In this document: positions 19,001-22,702 of the stretch, piece by piece | Layout: the number at the start of each line of letters is the position of its first letter | Numbering within the stretch: the stretch's first letter is position 1 | Source of the DNA: Octopus sinensis | Lineage: Eukaryota | Reading direction: 5' to 3' | Assembly (NCBI RefSeq): GCF_006345805.1 | Contig: NW_021823598.1 | Location: 1 to 22,702, forward strand | DNA: 22,702 nucleotides | Program-made: the position numbers and the translations under genes | Notes under the pieces: generated by a model | Databases searched by the model: none | What the model saw: the letters and a program-made list of their open reading frames with translations, nothing else | Told to the model about the DNA's origin: nothing

Positions 19001-19048
19001 GTCTCCGATGAAGGGATATAACAAATATCCTGGAAACAGGTGTAAGAC
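19001..19048 (+). ncRNA. Hammerhead fold, right arm (U4C core)
   Basis: Stem I GUCU/AGAC; CCGAUGA 19005-19011; 7-bp stem II; GAAA 19033-19036; ACAG(G)UGU stem III; GUA^ after 19044. Confidence 0.6.
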
Positions 19049-19115
19049 CTTCTATTTATAAAAGTTCTAAAATCTTCACAGCCTTGGTTTTTTTTTTATC
19101 ATTCTGAAAAAAAAA

Positions 19116-19203
19116 TTATATATATGTATATATATGTATATATATTTATATATATAATATATATGTGTGTATATATATAGATATGTATATATCTATATAT
19201 ATG

Positions 19204-19234
<31 letters not shown>

Positions 19235-19275
19235 TATATGTATATATATAATATATATATAATACATATATATAA

Positions 19276-19315
<40 letters not shown>

Positions 19316-19401
19316 AATATACATACATATACAGATTTATTATATATATATATATATATATATATACTATATATATAGGAATATACATACATATACAGAT
19401 C

Positions 19402-19432
<31 letters not shown>

Positions 19433-19510
19433 AAATATGGAAATATATACATATACATTTATATATATATATATATAGGTATGTTTATATATACATAAAT
19501 ATATATATGT
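19116..19510. repeat. (TA)n-rich microsatellite
   Basis: Direct reading. Confidence 0.95.
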
Positions 19511-19685
19511 AATGGATATACTGATGTGTGTTTGTCTGTGTTTGTGTCTGTGTGTGTATGTACTTACATATATATTTGTGCGAACGTTTGTAACGTGTAT
19601 CTGTGTGTCAGCATACGTATGCAATGACATAACAACAGTGAGTCATGAAAAAGTATGACAAAACTTGTTGAGTGAAAAAAGGCTG

Positions 19686-19687
19686 CG

Positions 19688-19723
<36 letters not shown>

Positions 19724-19791
19724 TGGGGGGTGCCTTCAATACAATGCAATCACTGCTCTGGCATTGTCGTTTGTCCTTTTGTCTACTACTA

Positions 19792-19846
<55 letters not shown>

Positions 19847-20092
19847 CAGCACCACTACCACCATCACAAACACCACCACCACCATCACTACTACTACTAC
19901 CAGCACCACCAACACTACCACCACCACCAGCACTACTACTACTACCAGCACCACCAACACTACCACCACCACCAGCACTACTACTACTACCAGCACCACC
20001 AACACTACTACCACCACCAGCACTACTATACTACTACTACTACTACTACTACTACTACCAGCACCACTACCACCACCACTACTATTACTACT
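19686..20092. repeat. (GGC)n tract followed by a compound (CTA/CCA)n repeat with a 45-bp higher-order unit
   Basis: (GGC)n at ~19689-19722; 45-bp units start at 19886, 19931, 19976 and (partial) 20021. Confidence 0.9.
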
Positions 20093-20149
20093 GAAAGTAC
20101 ACACAAACAAACATACACACCTATGCACAGATACATATTCTTTGTGTGT

Positions 20150-20151
20150 GT

Positions 20152-20190
<39 letters not shown>

Positions 20191-20369
20191 CATATATATA
20201 CATCGGTATATTTGTATACACGCATATACATACTGGCAGGCACGCACATGCGCTCAGATAGTTGTACACATAGGTACATACGATTGCTCATTCATTTATG
20301 AACCCACGCAAACTATACATAGCATAATCTACCCGCTCCTCAGACACACACACACACATTCATGGACAC

Positions 20370-20407
<38 letters not shown>

Positions 20408-20669
20408 TATACGCATTGACACAGATTTTCCCACGCGTACATGCACTCCCAAAGATATCATATGCACATATGTAAATATATGTATACGTATGTGTGCATA
20501 TGTGTGTGTGTGTACGTGTGCTTGTGAATGGGTGTGAGTAATGCTGTGTGCATGTTTGTGTGTATAAATATATAAGAATGTGTGTGTGTGTGTGTGTGTG
20601 TATATACATATATATACCTATATATGTATGTATAATGAAATTAATGACAACGGAATACAGAAATATGAA

Positions 20670-20706
<37 letters not shown>

Positions 20707-21020
20707 ATATGTATGTATGTATGTATACACACACACATACACGTATTTATGTATATATATATGTATATACATATAAGTGCGGTTATATATATACATGTAT
20801 ATATGTCGATGCACGTGTATATACATATTTATATATATTTAATTCTGTATCTGTCTAGTCCTGTTGATATAGGTTACATATATATATATATATACATACC
20901 TACATAAATATATATTATATATATATATATATATATATGCATACCTACATAAATATATATAGAAATATATACATATATATATGTATGTACACACAAGCAC
21001 ACACACAAATACACACATAC
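20150..21020. repeat. Compound (TA)n/(TG)n/(TATG)n microsatellite region
   Basis: Direct reading. Confidence 0.9.
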
Positions 21021-21444
21021 AAATGAGGCCATATTTTATGTATTGTGTAATATGAAGCAGTCAAACGTCAAATTGATCATTTTCGGTAGAGTGACACATA
21101 CATACTTTATTAAAGTTCAGATACTTCAAATTTTTGGCTGTGAATCCTTCATGGAACTGTCCGACCAGGGCCATATAGCCGAAGCTTCGAAGTAACCGTC
21201 AATTTATGCCTTGAAAGAAAAAATATATATATAGACATTTATGTATGCGTTATACGTATGTGTGTGTGTGTATATATATATATTACAGAAAATAAAGTAA
21301 AACTCGAAAGCAGAACAGCTTTGAAAATAGGTTAGAAGATAGGGTAAATACCCTTAGAAAACAGAATAAAGGGGTTAGCAACCTGTCACATACATAAACA
21401 CATTCACTAATAAGTGTTGATATCTGTGTAAAAAAAAAAAAAAA

Positions 21445-21644
21445 ACCGGCGAGGTGGCACCGGACAAAATGCTTAGCGCTATTTCGTCCGATTTTACATT
21501 CTGAATTCAAATGCCACCGGGATCGACTTTGCCTTTCATCCTATCGGGATCGATAAAATAAGTACCAGTTTGAATACTTGGACCAACATAATCGAATTAT
21601 CCTCTCCCGCGAAATTGCTGGCCTTTGATTTTAAAATGTGAAAT

Positions 21645-21647
<3 letters not shown>
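21445..21647 (+). mobile_element. Degenerate family B SINE
   Basis: aaatgcttagcgctatttcg...gaattcaaat...cgactttgcctttcatcctatcgggatcgataaaataagtaccag. Confidence 0.8.
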
Positions 21648-21683
<36 letters not shown>

Positions 21684-21763
21684 TCCCGGGTTGAGTCGGG
21701 GTTAACCACAGTAAATAAGGTACTCAATACATAGCAGAATAAATTAATTTATTTTATAGAAGG

Positions 21764-21813
21764 AGCTTCTACAGGACTAGAACTGTTTCATTCAAATGAA
21801 ATCATCAGGAAGC

Positions 21814-21814
<1 letters not shown>
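21764..21814 (-). ncRNA. Type I hammerhead fold with a stable stem III
   Basis: Stem I AGCUUC/GAAGCU (6 bp); CUGAUGA 21808-21802; stem II U-UUC/GAA-U; GAAA 21789-21786; stem III ACAG/CUGU; GUA^ between 21770 and 21769. Confidence 0.7.
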
Positions 21815-21847
<33 letters not shown>

Positions 21848-21917
21848 TGTATGTATGTATGTATGTATGTATTCCTCTTTATTTATCTCTCTCTCTCTCT
21901 CTCGCTGTCTATGTAAC

Positions 21918-21964
<47 letters not shown>

Positions 21965-21986
21965 ATATATAATATATATATATATG

Positions 21987-22478
21987 CAGTAATCCCTCGA
22001 CTATCGCGGGTGTTACGTTCCAAAACACCACGCGATAGGTGAAAATCCGCGAAGTAGAAACAATGCTCTACTGTATATTTATTACTATTATTTCTATAAT
22101 TTGTATATATTTATTTCATTCTAAATAAAAACATCACCACACACTCGCCTCCCGAGTTTCGTTTTCCATACAGTATGTGTGATTCTTTGTTTATTCATCT
22201 ACGGTACCTTACGTGTATTCTTTTAATATACTTTAATTGATGTGTTATACAGGGCAGTACTGTACTTTTATCAATTAATTTATTAATTTTTAGGCGTGAT
22301 AATGCATATTTTACTGCAGAAAAAATTTAAAATCCCCCCAAAAAACATAAATACCTATCAGCCGCAGAAACCCGCGATATATTGAGGAGCCCGCGATATA
22401 AATTTACATATAATAGCCAGAAAAATCCGTGATGTACTGAGGGCGCGATAAGTGAACAACGATATGGCGCGTGATTTG
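21987..22478. mobile_element. Tigger/pogo-like MITE
   Basis: Left end CAGTAATCCCTCGACTATCGCGGG; degenerate right end ...cgatatggcgcgtgatttg|TA; repeated subterminal CCGCGAT-like motifs; TA-rich flanks. Confidence 0.65.
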
Positions 22479-22528
<50 letters not shown>

Positions 22529-22534
22529 TATATA

Positions 22535-22702
22535 TTCTTTTACTTGTTTCAGTCATTGATTGCGGCGATGCTGGGGCACTGCCTTTCGTCGAACAAATCG
22601 ACCCAGGACTTATTCTCTGTAAGCCTAGTACTTATTTCTACCGTTCTTTTGCCGAATCGCTAAGTTACGGGGATGTAAATACACCAACATCGGTTGTCAA
22701 GC
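22535..22702 (-). mobile_element. Family A SINE 3' half, running off the window end
   Basis: cttgtttcagtcattgattgcggcgatgctggggcactgcc matches 4138-4180. Confidence 0.9.

Larger units (their letters stand above)
18663..19115. repeat. Foldback element with ~205-bp arms, a ~32-nt spacer and a hammerhead fold in each arm
   Basis: 18663-18870 is the reverse complement of 18903-19115 (e.g. ggagacggtgtgagaa / ttctcacaccgtctcc). Confidence 0.92.

Noticed and set aside
17969-19458. Long Y/I/C/V-rich ORFs
   Set aside because: Translations of (TA)n/(TG)n microsatellites; the same holds for similar ORFs at 1351-1819, 10364-11319 and 20026-20907.
19665-20401. Poly-Arg, Thr, His, Val or Leu ORFs
   Set aside because: Stop-free trinucleotide repeats are open in several frames on both strands; no coding evidence.

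Overview
AT-rich, microsatellite-dense eukaryotic DNA, almost certainly intronic or intergenic. The SINE families and the heavy (TA)n/(TATG)n/(GATA)n load suggest an octopod cephalopod; this is inferred from recalled repeat families, not from a search. No host protein-coding gene can be supported, and most ORFs in the track are microsatellite read-throughs. The window contains at least four tRNA-derived SINE families, a CR1/L2-group LINE 3' end, two RTE LINE 3' ends, several DNA-transposon MITEs and an ~850-bp tandem duplication. The main unexplained signal is about ten unrelated minimal type I hammerhead-ribozyme folds (stem I - CUGANGA - stem II - GAAA - usually palindromic stem III - UH cleavage site - stem I). 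Several lie inside long inverted-repeat (foldback) cassettes, the layout known for Penelope-like element pseudo-LTRs. One hammerhead forms the 3' part of a tRNA-headed SINE (305-568). Three unrelated cassettes share a 15-mer about 90-120 nt downstream of the predicted cleavage site. All folds were paired by eye; none has been tested for activity.
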